In this document: positions 17,079-26,661 of the stretch, piece by piece
Layout: each line of letters begins with the position of its first letter
Numbering within the stretch: the stretch's first letter is position 1
Virus record (IMG/VR): IMGVR_UViG_3300033407_000033
Location: 1-45,128 of that record
DNA from: a virus
Taxonomy: Duplodnaviria; Caudoviricetes
Length of the DNA stretch: 45,128 bases
Strand: one strand, 5' to 3'
Notes under the pieces: model-generated
The model's input: the letters and a program-made list of their open reading frames with translations, nothing else
What the model was told of the DNA's origin: nothing
The model's database searches: none
Translations under genes and position numbers: made by a program

Positions 17079-18443
17079 ATGAGCATCTTTTCAAGATTAT
17101 TTAACCGCGGCGAAAAAAAGCCGGCAGAAGATGAATTCCAGAAATTACCGCAGGAACCCGCTGCGCTGAGCTCCGAGAGAGGTTATCGCACCACGCCGGA
17201 AAATGCAGTGAAGTACCTTTTCCGCCTGATGTGGGTGGATCCTGATCTGCGTGCCAGCATTATGGACATCCGGCGCATGGACCGCGAGGATCCGCGCGTG
17301 AAAAAAATCCACAACCGCACAACGCGGTTAATGGTGAAAGGTGGATTGCGGCTCAATTTTGAAAGCAGTGAAAACAAACGTGTGGCCAACGCCTGGGATG
17401 CCTTTATACGGCGGCTGCATCTGGACCGCCGGGAAAAACTCGAAAGCGACGCCCGCGGTTTGATGATGGAAGGCAGTTTGCCGATGCAATGGGTGCTGGG
17501 CCCGGACCGGCGCGTGATACAGGCCGTGCGCATGCCGGCAGATACGTTGCTCCCGAAAGTGAATGCTGCCGGTGTATTTACTGATCCGCAAAATGCGTTT
17601 GAGCAATATGATCTCACTACCGGTGTGAGGCTGGCCAGTTTTGCCTTGTGGCAACTCTCCCTGGTGCGATTGACGCCGGACAACTACGATGATGCCGGCA
17701 GCATGGGGCGGCCTTACCTCGATGCCAACCGCACAATCTGGCGGAAACTGCAAATGACAGAAGAAGACCTGGTAATACGCCGGCGCATGCGTGCACCGTT
17801 ACGCATGGCTCATATCCTGGAAGGCGCAACAACGGAAGAGCTGGAAGAATACCGGAAGCGTATTGAACAGGACCAGGCCGATGGGAACACCAACGATTAC
17901 TACATGAATAAAAAAGGCGCGGTGAATCCGGTACAGGGCGATGCCAAGTTGAATGAAATTGCAGACGTTTCACATTTACTGGATACATTCTTCTCCGGTG
18001 CGCCGGCCCCGAAAGGCCTGTTCGGATACGTTGGCGATCTCAGCCGCGACATCCTGGAAGATCTGAAACAGGATTACTACGAAGAAATCGATTCCATGCA
18101 GGACACGCTTTCTTATGTTTACCAGATGGGGTTCGAACTGGATCTGTTATTGTCCGGAATCAATCCACTGGATTATAAATTCTCCGTGCAGTTTGCAGAA
18201 CGCAGAACGGAAACACTTAACCAGGCCGCGGACCGTGCATTGAAATACCAGGCCATGGGCGCCAGCAAGCAAACTATATTTGAAGCTGCGCATCTGGACC
18301 CGGAAACGGAGCGGGCACGGCTTGAAGGTGAAAGCGAGGGTAATAATCCATATCCGGATCCGTATCGCATTAATGCACCGAGGGTTAGCATCACGCCGGG
18401 CAACGCGCCCAAGCGGGAATCAGCCACTGCAATCAGTCATTGA
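17079..18443 (+). CDS. Portal protein
   Basis: 454 aa after TerL; MDREDPRVKK, GRPYL, FFSGAPAPKGLFG patterns. Confidence 0.8.
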   Translation: MSIFSRLFNRGEKKPAEDEFQKLPQEPAALSSERGYRTTPENAVKYLFRLMWVDPDLRASIMDIRRMDREDPRVKKIHNRTTRLMVKGGLRLNFESSENKRVANAWDAFIRRLHLDRREKLESDARGLMMEGSLPMQWVLGPDRRVIQAVRMPADTLLPKVNAAGVFTDPQNAFEQYDLTTGVRLASFALWQLSLVRLTPDNYDDAGSMGRPYLDANRTIWRKLQMTEEDLVIRRRMRAPLRMAHILEGATTEELEEYRKRIEQDQADGNTNDYYMNKKGAVNPVQGDAKLNEIADVSHLLDTFFSGAPAPKGLFGYVGDLSRDILEDLKQDYYEEIDSMQDTLSYVYQMGFELDLLLSGINPLDYKFSVQFAERRTETLNQAADRALKYQAMGASKQTIFEAAHLDPETERARLEGESEGNNPYPDPYRINAPRVSITPGNAPKRESATAISH

Positions 18444-18649
18444 TGAAGGCACTGGAGATCACAGCCACGCTGGTGTGCATTGTTGCCATCGGCCTGTTGT
18501 CCATGAAAATTTATTTTTATGGCTGGCTGGTGAATGCAGTGAGCAACATCATGTGGTTTACGTGGGGCATTAAACTCGGTTATTACTGGCTGGCATTGCT
18601 GCAGGTGGTTTTATTTTCCCTGTGCCTGAACGGGCTTTACCGGTTATAA
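18443..18649 (+). CDS. Small 3-TM membrane protein, PnuC/SemiSWEET-like
   Basis: YGWLVNAVSNIMW...GYYWLALLQVVLFSLCLNGLY pattern. Confidence 0.55.
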   Translation: MKALEITATLVCIVAIGLLSMKIYFYGWLVNAVSNIMWFTWGIKLGYYWLALLQVVLFSLCLNGLYRL

Positions 18650-18650
18650 C

Positions 18651-19751
18651 ATGGCAGCGAATCCACGCACCGTACAAAAAGCCACCATCAAGCGTGCATC
18701 CGCGATTGCACGCCGTGACATGGACCAGCTTGATGCGCGTGCGCTGGATGATCTGACAGAAATTTATCAACAAGCAATTGCAGATCTGCAAACCCAGATC
18801 CGTGATTATGCCGGCACCGATGGCAACCTGCGGCTGGAAACCATGCGCGAACTGGAAGCACAGGCACAACAACGACTGAACCAGCTCTCCGCAGCACGGG
18901 ACCAGCTGCTGGACAACAACATGATCAGCGCGGCGCAGCTCGGCATCCAGCCGTATGCCGGGCAGACTGCAATTATCGGCACATCATTGGCACAGGTATC
19001 GAATGAGGCCGTGCAATTTGTGCGGACGTTCGTTGCCGAGGATGGCTTGCAATTGTCGGACAGGTTATGGCGGCTGGACAATCATGCAAAAGAAATTGTT
19101 GCCCGGTCAATTGAAAGTGCCGTCATCCAGGGCCATTCCGCCAGCCGCGCTGCCCAGGACTTCCTGGCACGCGGTGCGCCGGTGCCGGTGGATATTGCCA
19201 GCAAAATGAACATGGCGCGTGCGGATGGTGTGGCACGTGTAGTGGGAACTGAATTAATGCGTCCGGATGATGGGCCTTATGCCAATGCATTGCGATTGTT
19301 CCGCACGGAGATCAACCGCGCCCATGGTGAAGCCTATCGCACAGCGGCAGCTGCAGTACCGGATGCCATCGGCACCCGGTTCCTGCTGTCGCCAAACCAT
19401 CCACGGGTGGACATCTGTGACATGCACGCCGCCGCGAATTTGTACGGCCTGGGCCCGGGCGTGTATCCCTTCGGGAAATCACCGTTGCCGGCGCATCCGA
19501 ATACATTGAGTTATGAAGAAATTGTTTTCCGCGATGAAATCACTGATGAAGACCGTGACGGCAAGGAAGATGAAATCAGCTGGTTGAAATCGCAAAATGC
19601 AACCGTGCAAATCGGGGTGCTGGGGAAACACAAGCAGGCTGCGCTGGCTGCCGGCACATTGAAAAAAAATGAAATCAACACGCCGTGGCGCGTGCTCAAA
19701 ATAAAATACGAAAAACAAGGCACCGATATCGCGGGGACTGAACAGGCATGA
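18651..19751 (+). CDS. Head morphogenesis / minor capsid protein (SPP1 gp7, Mu gpF-like)
   Basis: LSDRLW, RLFRTEINRAH, DICD, PAHPN motifs; after portal. Confidence 0.8.
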   Translation: MAANPRTVQKATIKRASAIARRDMDQLDARALDDLTEIYQQAIADLQTQIRDYAGTDGNLRLETMRELEAQAQQRLNQLSAARDQLLDNNMISAAQLGIQPYAGQTAIIGTSLAQVSNEAVQFVRTFVAEDGLQLSDRLWRLDNHAKEIVARSIESAVIQGHSASRAAQDFLARGAPVPVDIASKMNMARADGVARVVGTELMRPDDGPYANALRLFRTEINRAHGEAYRTAAAAVPDAIGTRFLLSPNHPRVDICDMHAAANLYGLGPGVYPFGKSPLPAHPNTLSYEEIVFRDEITDEDRDGKEDEISWLKSQNATVQIGVLGKHKQAALAAGTLKKNEINTPWRVLKIKYEKQGTDIAGTEQA

Positions 19752-19933
19752 GTGCAGCAGCGAATAAAATTACAGAACAGCGGCGCGAGGTGAATTGTTT
19801 GCGTTGTGGCCGCAATATTTTTAATGGAATTGTAATACGATCTCGTGTAATTCGCGTGCTGCCGGACGGACGCTGCCAGGCGAAATGCCGATGTGCGGAG
19901 TGGCAGGCGGTGCCGTTGCGATATACAGAATAA
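19748..19933 (+). CDS. Small zinc-finger protein (Com/Ogr-like regulator candidate)
   Basis: CLRCGR...AKCRC in 61 aa, just upstream of late promoter. Confidence 0.55.
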   Translation: MSAAANKITEQRREVNCLRCGRNIFNGIVIRSRVIRVLPDGRCQAKCRCAEWQAVPLRYTE

Positions 19934-19944
19934 ATGTTGATTTA

Positions 19945-19994
19945 TTGACATTCTGAAAATTTAGTACCAGACTTTAAGCTGATTAAGGCATAAC
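19945..19994 (+). promoter_or_regulatory. Late promoter and leader 1
   Basis: TTGACA-17-CAGACT, then TAAGCTGATTAAGGCATAAC (homologous to 29320-29339). Confidence 0.6.
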
Positions 19995-20003
19995 GTGTAA
20001 ACG

Positions 20004-20036
20004 AAAGCCGGATCCCGAGAGGGTTCCGGCTTTTTT
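20004..20036 (+). terminator. Rho-independent terminator upstream of capsid gene
   Basis: AAAGCCGGA-TCCC-GAGA-GGGT-TCCGGC-TTTTTT. Confidence 0.8.
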
Positions 20037-20051
20037 CGTTTGTGCCAGGTG

Positions 20052-20100
20052 GCCGCTCATGCGCATCCGTGCGCACGCGGCATACACCACATCCTTGTGG
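20052..20100 (-). repeat. GGA-hairpin repeat element, copy 2
   Basis: Near-identical to 7505-7553. Confidence 0.8.
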
Positions 20101-20109
20101 ATAATGTGA

Positions 20110-22728
20110 ATGAAAGGAACTGCAAGACATATTTTTCTGGAATCCGGTGGTGATCCGGATTCGATAATTTTATTCAGTGATCGTATCTCGCTCGCTGAAG
20201 GTTCGCGCCGTTCGGTGGAAACACTGTGCCGCGTCGTGAAGTTCGAAGATCTCTGTTATGGCGAGGTGGACATATCCAAGCCGAAACTGCTGAGCATGAT
20301 CAAAAACTTCGATGCGAAAGTGTACGGGCAGGATATCGCAGTGGATATCGCCCACAACTCTTCCGATGGCGCTGCCGGATTCATACGCAAGCTGCACCTG
20401 GACGGGAACAAGCTGCGCGGCGAAATCGAGTGGACCGATCATGGCGTGGAAGCCGTCACGAAACGCGGGTTCAGATATTTTTCCGCTGAATACCATGAGG
20501 ACTGGCGGGACCCGGAAACGGGCAAGAAGCACGGCCCTACGTTAATGGCCGCGGCTTTGACTATCCGCCCGCGAGTAAAAAAACTGGATCCGATTGATCC
20601 GGACAAACTGCAACTTTCATTTGATGATGATGAGCGTGGACGCGCTGTCAGCCCCAGTTTCAAGAAATTACTGACAGAGGAGATTACCGCCATGTGGGCC
20701 AAGATGATTGAAGAATTGAAGAAACAGCTCAGCGCCAAAAAGCTGAGTGAAGGCATGATTAAACTGTTCGTGCAAAACCTGGAAGCCGCGCTGAAAGGTA
20801 TCACGGAAGAAGCGGAAGCCAAACTGTTGATGGAAGGATTCGTCACTGCCGGTGACCAGCTGGTGAAAGAGCTGGCTGAAAAAGGCGATGATGACAAAAC
20901 CATCAAGCTGGACTTCTCCAGCCTGAAGCTGCCGGAAAAAGCCGGACTCACGAAAGATGACATCGTGAAGCTTCTCGCTGAAGAGAATGACCGTAAAGCG
21001 GCTGAGTCCAAAAAGTTGCAGGAATCACTGGAGACCAAGATCAAGTTATTCAGCGATACTGTCACTGCCGCTGAAGGCGTGAAGCAGCTCTCCGATGAGA
21101 CCCGCAACAAGCTGCTGTCCGCGAAAGACCTGATCACCGCTGAAATGACTGAAGATCAGATCAAGAAGCTGGCGGAAAACCAGATCAAACTGGGCAATGA
21201 TATTTCCGTCGCCGCACAGCTTGCAGCCCGCGGATTCAGCGCACCTGTGGGTACCGTGCATATCAGCGTGGATGACAGCAACAACATCAAGGCGTTGCAG
21301 GAATCCATTGACAAGCGCCTTGGCCTGGCCGACATGTCTGAAAGCCGGCGTTTTGCACCGACCGGTGGCAAGCTCCAGGAAGAAAACAAGAAGCTGGCGG
21401 AAATCGTGCTGGCCCGGTTCGATAAGGAACGTGTTGTGCAACTGCAGGCCGAGCACAAGATGCTGGCCGGTGGTGATGGCATCGTTTCCGATGTGAACGT
21501 GCCGGTGGTGTGGGAACGCACGGTGATCCGTGAAGCACTCTACCGCCTGGTAGGGTTACAGTTTGTGGATTCCGGTTCGCTGGATTTCGCTACCAGTTAT
21601 TCCATTCCGTACAGCTACCGCGATACCGCCGCCGCAGGCCGGAACAGCACCCGCAAATACGAAGGCCAGGCGATCGCCCGTGCCGGTGTGATCCAGACTG
21701 CAGACACGGCTTATAACGTGCCGCAGAAACTGGCATTCGAGATCAGCGATGAATTGCGCTACCTCACCCAGGCGCGGCACCTGAACTGGGACGCCGTCAC
21801 TGAAAACCAGCAGAATGCCTCCCGCATTATCGGAGAAGACCTGGAGCAGTTACTCTTCAACGAAGTGCAGCATGCCTCGGATGAATATGGCGCCGTTGCC
21901 GTGGTGAATGAAGACCTGGAACTGCAGGCCGATGGCACGGATGAAATTTTTATCCTGGCCCAGTTCCCGGTGGTGCGCCCGCGCAAGATTTACGACTTGC
22001 AGGGCAACCAGGTGGGCAGCACCGTTAACCAGATCACTGTCACCTATGATTCTGTGGCGCGGTCTGAATATGACGGTACCGGCGAACAGGCAGCCGGCAT
22101 TTATTATGTGCTGGATTATCAACTCGGTGAAATATACCTGGTGGATGAGGCCGGCGCCGTTCAGACACCGGTTGACACCACGGCATATACCATCAGCTAC
22201 AGTTACGCCGCCAACGTGTACAAGTTCGATACGGACATCCCAGCGGAAACGGTCATCGACGCGCATTGGGACACCTTCCTGTACCGCTATGGCCTGCGCA
22301 AGTCCGTGATTGAGGATGAACGCTGGCATACGGCCAACTTCGGTTTGATGAGTGGCACCGCCATGACCCAGATCGAACAGGCGAAGCAATTTGGCGCCAA
22401 CTCCAAACGTGCAGGTACAGACCTGATGGTCGATGGCAACCTGGGCCGGGTGAAGGACATCCCGAATTTCAAAACCTCAGCACCGGCCTTGTGGATGGGC
22501 GATCAGCGCGTGATCGTGGGTGAACGTGGCGTGACGCGTTTCCGCATGACCAAACCGTGGCAGCTCGGCCAGCTTGAAAACCAGAAGGATTCCAATGGCC
22601 GGTTCACCGGCAAGAAAGAAGCCTATGGCGATCAGTTCATCGTGTTGCATACGCCGACACCTCTGAAGCGTGCCTATACCTCCATCTTGCTCTACGGCGC
22701 AGCTGCCAGGGTGGCGCGTCCGGCATAA
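20110..22728 (+). CDS. Mu gpI-like prohead protease + scaffold + major capsid protein fusion
   Basis: DIAHN...AAGFI...EWT...FRYFSAEY protease motif; charged helical middle; C-terminal capsid-sized domain; no other MCP candidate; followed by terminator. Confidence 0.8.
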   Translation: MKGTARHIFLESGGDPDSIILFSDRISLAEGSRRSVETLCRVVKFEDLCYGEVDISKPKLLSMIKNFDAKVYGQDIAVDIAHNSSDGAAGFIRKLHLDGNKLRGEIEWTDHGVEAVTKRGFRYFSAEYHEDWRDPETGKKHGPTLMAAALTIRPRVKKLDPIDPDKLQLSFDDDERGRAVSPSFKKLLTEEITAMWAKMIEELKKQLSAKKLSEGMIKLFVQNLEAALKGITEEAEAKLLMEGFVTAGDQLVKELAEKGDDDKTIKLDFSSLKLPEKAGLTKDDIVKLLAEENDRKAAESKKLQESLETKIKLFSDTVTAAEGVKQLSDETRNKLLSAKDLITAEMTEDQIKKLAENQIKLGNDISVAAQLAARGFSAPVGTVHISVDDSNNIKALQESIDKRLGLADMSESRRFAPTGGKLQEENKKLAEIVLARFDKERVVQLQAEHKMLAGGDGIVSDVNVPVVWERTVIREALYRLVGLQFVDSGSLDFATSYSIPYSYRDTAAAGRNSTRKYEGQAIARAGVIQTADTAYNVPQKLAFEISDELRYLTQARHLNWDAVTENQQNASRIIGEDLEQLLFNEVQHASDEYGAVAVVNEDLELQADGTDEIFILAQFPVVRPRKIYDLQGNQVGSTVNQITVTYDSVARSEYDGTGEQAAGIYYVLDYQLGEIYLVDEAGAVQTPVDTTAYTISYSYAANVYKFDTDIPAETVIDAHWDTFLYRYGLRKSVIEDERWHTANFGLMSGTAMTQIEQAKQFGANSKRAGTDLMVDGNLGRVKDIPNFKTSAPALWMGDQRVIVGERGVTRFRMTKPWQLGQLENQKDSNGRFTGKKEAYGDQFIVLHTPTPLKRAYTSILLYGAAARVARPA

Positions 22729-22751
22729 CTTTAACCAGTAGCTACGCGATT

Positions 22752-22782
22752 GTGGGGTGGTAGCAATACCGCCCCGCTTTTT
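22752..22782 (+). terminator. Rho-independent terminator after capsid gene
   Basis: GTGGGGTGGTA-GCAA-TACCGCCCCGC-TTTTT. Confidence 0.8.
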
Positions 22783-22799
22783 AAAACCAGAGGTGACCC

Positions 22800-23354
22800 A
22801 TGAATGATGTACCCGTAACCAATAACGGCACAAACACGATGTATGTGGGTGGTTATTCCATCCCCCCTAACGAAACCAGATTTATTCCCGCCCACCATGT
22901 GCCTGCGCATTTACAACCAGCTCCCGTTGCCGCCGTTGAGCCTGTAAAAGATACCCTGCTGGACCTGCTGGATGAAAACGTCAAAACCATCATGCAGGCC
23001 CTGCCGGATTTAAGTGATGAAGACCTGGGCCGGTTAAAAGCTGCTGAGGATGACGGCAAAACCCGTAAAACGGTAGTGAATGCCATCGATGGAATTCTGA
23101 TGCAGCGTGCTGCGCTGAAAACGCTGAAAGATGACGCCATGCACATGGCCATTAACCAGGTCATGGATGCCCGTAATGCCGCTGTGGATGTGCCGGGTGA
23201 ACTGGCCGTATATGACAAGGTGCTGAAAGCACGCTCAGCAGAAATCCTGATGTTCCGTGCCACGCTCGGGGCAGAGAATGCAGACCAACTCGCGGAAGTG
23301 GATGACCTGTTAAAGGCGTTGGATATTCCGCTGGATGATGGCAAACATGGATAG
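22800..23354 (+). CDS. Hypothetical head-associated protein
   Basis: GAGG RBS; LKAAEDDGKTRKTVVNAI motif seen in post-capsid proteins. Confidence 0.65.
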   Translation: MNDVPVTNNGTNTMYVGGYSIPPNETRFIPAHHVPAHLQPAPVAAVEPVKDTLLDLLDENVKTIMQALPDLSDEDLGRLKAAEDDGKTRKTVVNAIDGILMQRAALKTLKDDAMHMAINQVMDARNAAVDVPGELAVYDKVLKARSAEILMFRATLGAENADQLAEVDDLLKALDIPLDDGKHG

Positions 23355-24102
23355 CCTGTCCGGTGTGATGCTGGCCGCGGGCCTGAACAAGATCGTGTTA
23401 ATGATCATTGCGCTGGCCATCGCCGTCGTGGCGCTGCGCTGGTTCGACCGGCGTTGCAATTTCAGTTTTTCCCGATGGCTGGACAAGGCGGACAAAGCCA
23501 CCGGTGAAAAGAACACCGGCTATGGCATTTATCTCGGGCTGCGCTTCCTGGGCGTGTGTGTGCTTATCGGACTGATGCTTGGATGCAGCACGGCACAGGC
23601 CGCTTCATTCCACACGAAATATGATCACGATATCAAATCCGCATCTGATCGCTGGATGCCGGGCGTGGACTGGCGCTTGTGGAAAGCCCAGCTGTATCAG
23701 GAGAGTCATCTGAAACCGGAAGCTGTTTCACCCGTTGGCGCACGTGGTATAGCGCAGATAATGCCAGGGACGTGGAAGGATGTGAGCCGTGCCATGGGCT
23801 ATGGTGCGGCATCGCCACACGTGGCGGAACTGGCCATCGAGGCCGGGGCATATTACATGGGCGGTTTACGCAAGTCCTGGTCCGCTCCGCGTCCGGAAGC
23901 AGACCGGCATTCCCTGGCCATGGCCAGTTATAACGCCGGCCTGGGTAATTTGCTCAAGGCCCAGCGCGTGGCCGGCGGTGCGGCCAGTTACCACGAAATT
24001 ATTTCCGCATTGCCCAAAGTGACCGGCCATCACTCGAAGGAAACGACTACCTACGTGCAGCGTATCTGGGGGTATTGGCAGAGAATGTTACTGGGGGCGT
24101 GA
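23347..24102 (+). CDS. Endolysin (SLT lytic transglycosylase) with N-terminal two-TM domain
   Basis: YQES, ARGIAQIMPGT, ASYNAGLG, ETTTYVQRI; two hydrophobic helices in first ~80 aa. Confidence 0.88.
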   Translation: MDSLSGVMLAAGLNKIVLMIIALAIAVVALRWFDRRCNFSFSRWLDKADKATGEKNTGYGIYLGLRFLGVCVLIGLMLGCSTAQAASFHTKYDHDIKSASDRWMPGVDWRLWKAQLYQESHLKPEAVSPVGARGIAQIMPGTWKDVSRAMGYGAASPHVAELAIEAGAYYMGGLRKSWSAPRPEADRHSLAMASYNAGLGNLLKAQRVAGGAASYHEIISALPKVTGHHSKETTTYVQRIWGYWQRMLLGA

Positions 24103-24353
24103 TGGACGGATTGACACACGAAGAACTCAAAAAAGCCATTAACCAGGTGCTGGATGAACGGCATTCGATTGATGAGGTCACGCACAAAGCGCATCACGAC
24201 TGGGTGGCCTGGAAAATAAAAAGAGAACAACGCCACCAGGAGATCATGGACGCGGTTTATAAACAGGTCATTGGCTGGGGAGTAATTGTATTTCTGGGAG
24301 GTATCGGGTTGGCGGTGTATGACTTTATGGCCAAGGTTTTGAGGGCGAATTAA
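24102..24353 (+). CDS. Membrane protein (holin/antiholin candidate)
   Basis: C-terminal TM VIGWGVIVFLGGIGLAVY; in lysis cassette. Confidence 0.55.
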   Translation: MDGLTHEELKKAINQVLDERHSIDEVTHKAHHDWVAWKIKREQRHQEIMDAVYKQVIGWGVIVFLGGIGLAVYDFMAKVLRAN

Positions 24354-24538
24354 TGCAACGGCGTGTCTGGAATGTAGTGGCCGGGATGTTTGTATTACTG
24401 ATTCTGTTGTTTGTTAGTGCGCTCACCTGGGCGCTGGTTGTTGAACAAATTGATATTGGTGAATATGCCAAGCTGTTCATGCCGGTGTTGACCGGCGTGG
24501 GCGGTTATTTTGCCAAAGCCGTGCAGAGCAGCGAATGA
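24353..24538 (+). CDS. Holin-like 2-TM protein
   Basis: 61 aa, two hydrophobic segments, in lysis cassette. Confidence 0.55.
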   Translation: MQRRVWNVVAGMFVLLILLFVSALTWALVVEQIDIGEYAKLFMPVLTGVGGYFAKAVQSSE

Positions 24539-24927
24539 AAGTATTGTTGATCATTATTGCTATTTCGCTGGCCGTGAATATTGGCGGCGGCTGGTTACTG
24601 AAAAAATCCTGGCAAAAGGAACGCGAGCTGCAAACGAAATACGAAATTTTAAATAAAAAAATGGACCAGGAAATTGCCACGCGGGATGCCGCGATTGAAC
24701 AATGGCGAACGGATTACGTGCAGCTCCGGACCGAGCACACGGAGAAAGAACAACGGCTGATTGCAAACCAGCATGCCATGAGCCGCATTGAAACTGAATT
24801 GCTGGCATCGAAACGGAGGCTGAATGAACTCAGCAAAGAGAGTGCGGAATTTTCTGACTGCCTGCGTGTGCGTGTGCCTGCTGCTTACGCTCACGAGCTG
24901 TTCGGAGGATCCGGACCGAAACCTTAA
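24535..24927 (+). CDS. Inner-membrane spanin (Rz-like)
   Basis: N-terminal TM, long coiled coil, C-terminal CLRVRVP; overlaps lipoprotein gene. Confidence 0.75.
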   Translation: MKVLLIIIAISLAVNIGGGWLLKKSWQKERELQTKYEILNKKMDQEIATRDAAIEQWRTDYVQLRTEHTEKEQRLIANQHAMSRIETELLASKRRLNELSKESAEFSDCLRVRVPAAYAHELFGGSGPKP

Positions 24928-25153
24928 CATCCGCACGGTGAAGGTGCCGGAGCGGTACGCCGTATGCCCGTCACCGGTATATTTACAACCCGTGCTGGAT
25001 GCCGCTGCCCCGGTGAAAGATGACATCGAGATTGCAGACATCATGCACTGGGCGCGGGATGAACGTGCGCAGCTGGAAAAAGCCAACCGCAAGATTTCTG
25101 ATTTGAAAAACGAGCTGAACAACCTCGGTTGTGATTACGGTGAACCGGAATAA
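24824..25153 (+). CDS. Outer-membrane spanin lipoprotein (Rz1-like)
   Basis: Lipobox LTLTSC; Pro-rich; overlaps Rz in +1 frame. Confidence 0.75.
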   Translation: MNSAKRVRNFLTACVCVCLLLTLTSCSEDPDRNLNIRTVKVPERYAVCPSPVYLQPVLDAAAPVKDDIEIADIMHWARDERAQLEKANRKISDLKNELNNLGCDYGEPE

Positions 25154-25538
25154 ATTATTTATGTTCTTTGCCCTGATTTTAATCTGCGTGCCTGCTGTTG
25201 CTGATTTCTGGACCGAAGGCCGTTATGGCGCACATCCGACTGCCTGTTATAAATTTTCCCATGCTGCCGGCGTGGCCGCTGCCGAGTTTGATACGGTGGC
25301 CGTGAATGGCCCGTTTATTTTACAGGCCATGGAAGAATCCAAAGCATCACAGTTTGATGTACACGTAATGCGTGCTGCGATTGAGTTTGTAATTCGGGAA
25401 GACCTGCGGACCCCCCCCATTGCCAAAGCAGTAGCGTTATCGCTCTGCCGTGGCCAGGTGAAACACGAACGCGACCGCAACGGCCATGTGCCCTGGGTGG
25501 AGCAAGCGCACGTGAATAACTGGATAGGTGCATTCTGA
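25140..25538 (+). CDS. Hypothetical exported protein
   Basis: Signal-peptide-like LFMFFALILICVPAVA. Confidence 0.55.
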   Translation: MNRNKLFMFFALILICVPAVADFWTEGRYGAHPTACYKFSHAAGVAAAEFDTVAVNGPFILQAMEESKASQFDVHVMRAAIEFVIREDLRTPPIAKAVALSLCRGQVKHERDRNGHVPWVEQAHVNNWIGAF

Positions 25539-26158
25539 TGACAGAAGACGAACTGGTTGCGGAACTCAAGGCCTCGCTGATGGATTGTGCCAGCGTGTTT
25601 CCCGGCACAGATGCAGATGAAGATGCTGATTTCAAGCGGCATTTAAGTTTTGCCGCGAAAGATTTAGGCCGGTTGCGTCCGCGCCGTTTGCGCGGGTCCC
25701 TGGAACTGGTGGCTGACACGGCGTTTTATGATGCGCCTGCCGGCATTCTGAAAGTCGGCATGAGCACCTGGGGTTCGGATTCCACCAGGAAACCCTGGGA
25801 CGATGGCTACCCGGGCAAGGTGCCGCGCATTATGCTGATACGCAACGATGACGAATTGCAATTGCAACTGGATCCAGCGCCCACCAGTTTGCAGATCACC
25901 GTGTTCGGTGCTGACATGCCGTTCACGTATTACGCCACGCACGAGATCGGGGCGACAGATGCAGAGACAACGATTCTTGAGGGAGACCGGGGGTTGTTGA
26001 TTTTACGGGCGCAGGCAGAAGCCATGAAAGAAATGGCGATGCGCAACATTGCCAAGCCGGTAGCCATGCGTGATGGCATTTCCAATACACCCAAGAACGG
26101 CATTCCGGCAGCACTGCATAAACAGTTGATGGATGAGTTTGAGAGTATGGCGGCATGA
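25538..26158 (+). CDS. Head-tail adaptor
   Basis: Position at start of neck module; size. Confidence 0.55.
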   Translation: MTEDELVAELKASLMDCASVFPGTDADEDADFKRHLSFAAKDLGRLRPRRLRGSLELVADTAFYDAPAGILKVGMSTWGSDSTRKPWDDGYPGKVPRIMLIRNDDELQLQLDPAPTSLQITVFGADMPFTYYATHEIGATDAETTILEGDRGLLILRAQAEAMKEMAMRNIAKPVAMRDGISNTPKNGIPAALHKQLMDEFESMAA

Positions 26159-26661
26159 GTAATATCAGCGTCAAAATTGAAGGTGGTAAAGAAGTTGCTG
26201 CAGCGTTCCGGCGATCACCGTTTGCCATGCGCCTGGCGTTACGAAAAAACCTGCTGCGAGGCGGCCATGAAATTGCACGTGAAGCCCAGCGTAATTTAAG
26301 GAAGAACAAATCCATGGCATTCAGCACGTTGATTCAATCATTAATTGTCCGTGCGGTGAGTGATTTTGAAACGCATGTGACTGTAGGTGCAGCGCACGGT
26401 GTGTATGTGGAAGAAGGATCTGCGCCGGGTGGACAACCAAACCGGCAAACATTACTGGACTGGATCCGGGTCAAGCGCATTCAACCCTTGCAGGGACAAA
26501 CGCTGGATGATCTGGAATTCCTGATCGGCAGAAAGATTCGTCAAAAAGGGATTAAGGCCAAACCGTTTTTTGAACCGGCGGTGGAAGCCAAACGCAGCCG
26601 CGTGATGGCACTGATTGAACTGGGCGTGGAAGAAGGACTGCAAAGCGCAGGACTGGCATGA
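26155..26661 (+). CDS. HK97 gp10-family neck protein
   Basis: HGVYVEEGS...GIKAKPFFEPA motif. Confidence 0.75.
   Translation: MSNISVKIEGGKEVAAAFRRSPFAMRLALRKNLLRGGHEIAREAQRNLRKNKSMAFSTLIQSLIVRAVSDFETHVTVGAAHGVYVEEGSAPGGQPNRQTLLDWIRVKRIQPLQGQTLDDLEFLIGRKIRQKGIKAKPFFEPAVEAKRSRVMALIELGVEEGLQSAGLA

Noticed and set aside
20110-20690. Mu-like transposable phage, suggested by the Mu-type protease
   Set aside because: No DDE transposase or MuB, no host DNA at the ends; integrase and attP are present
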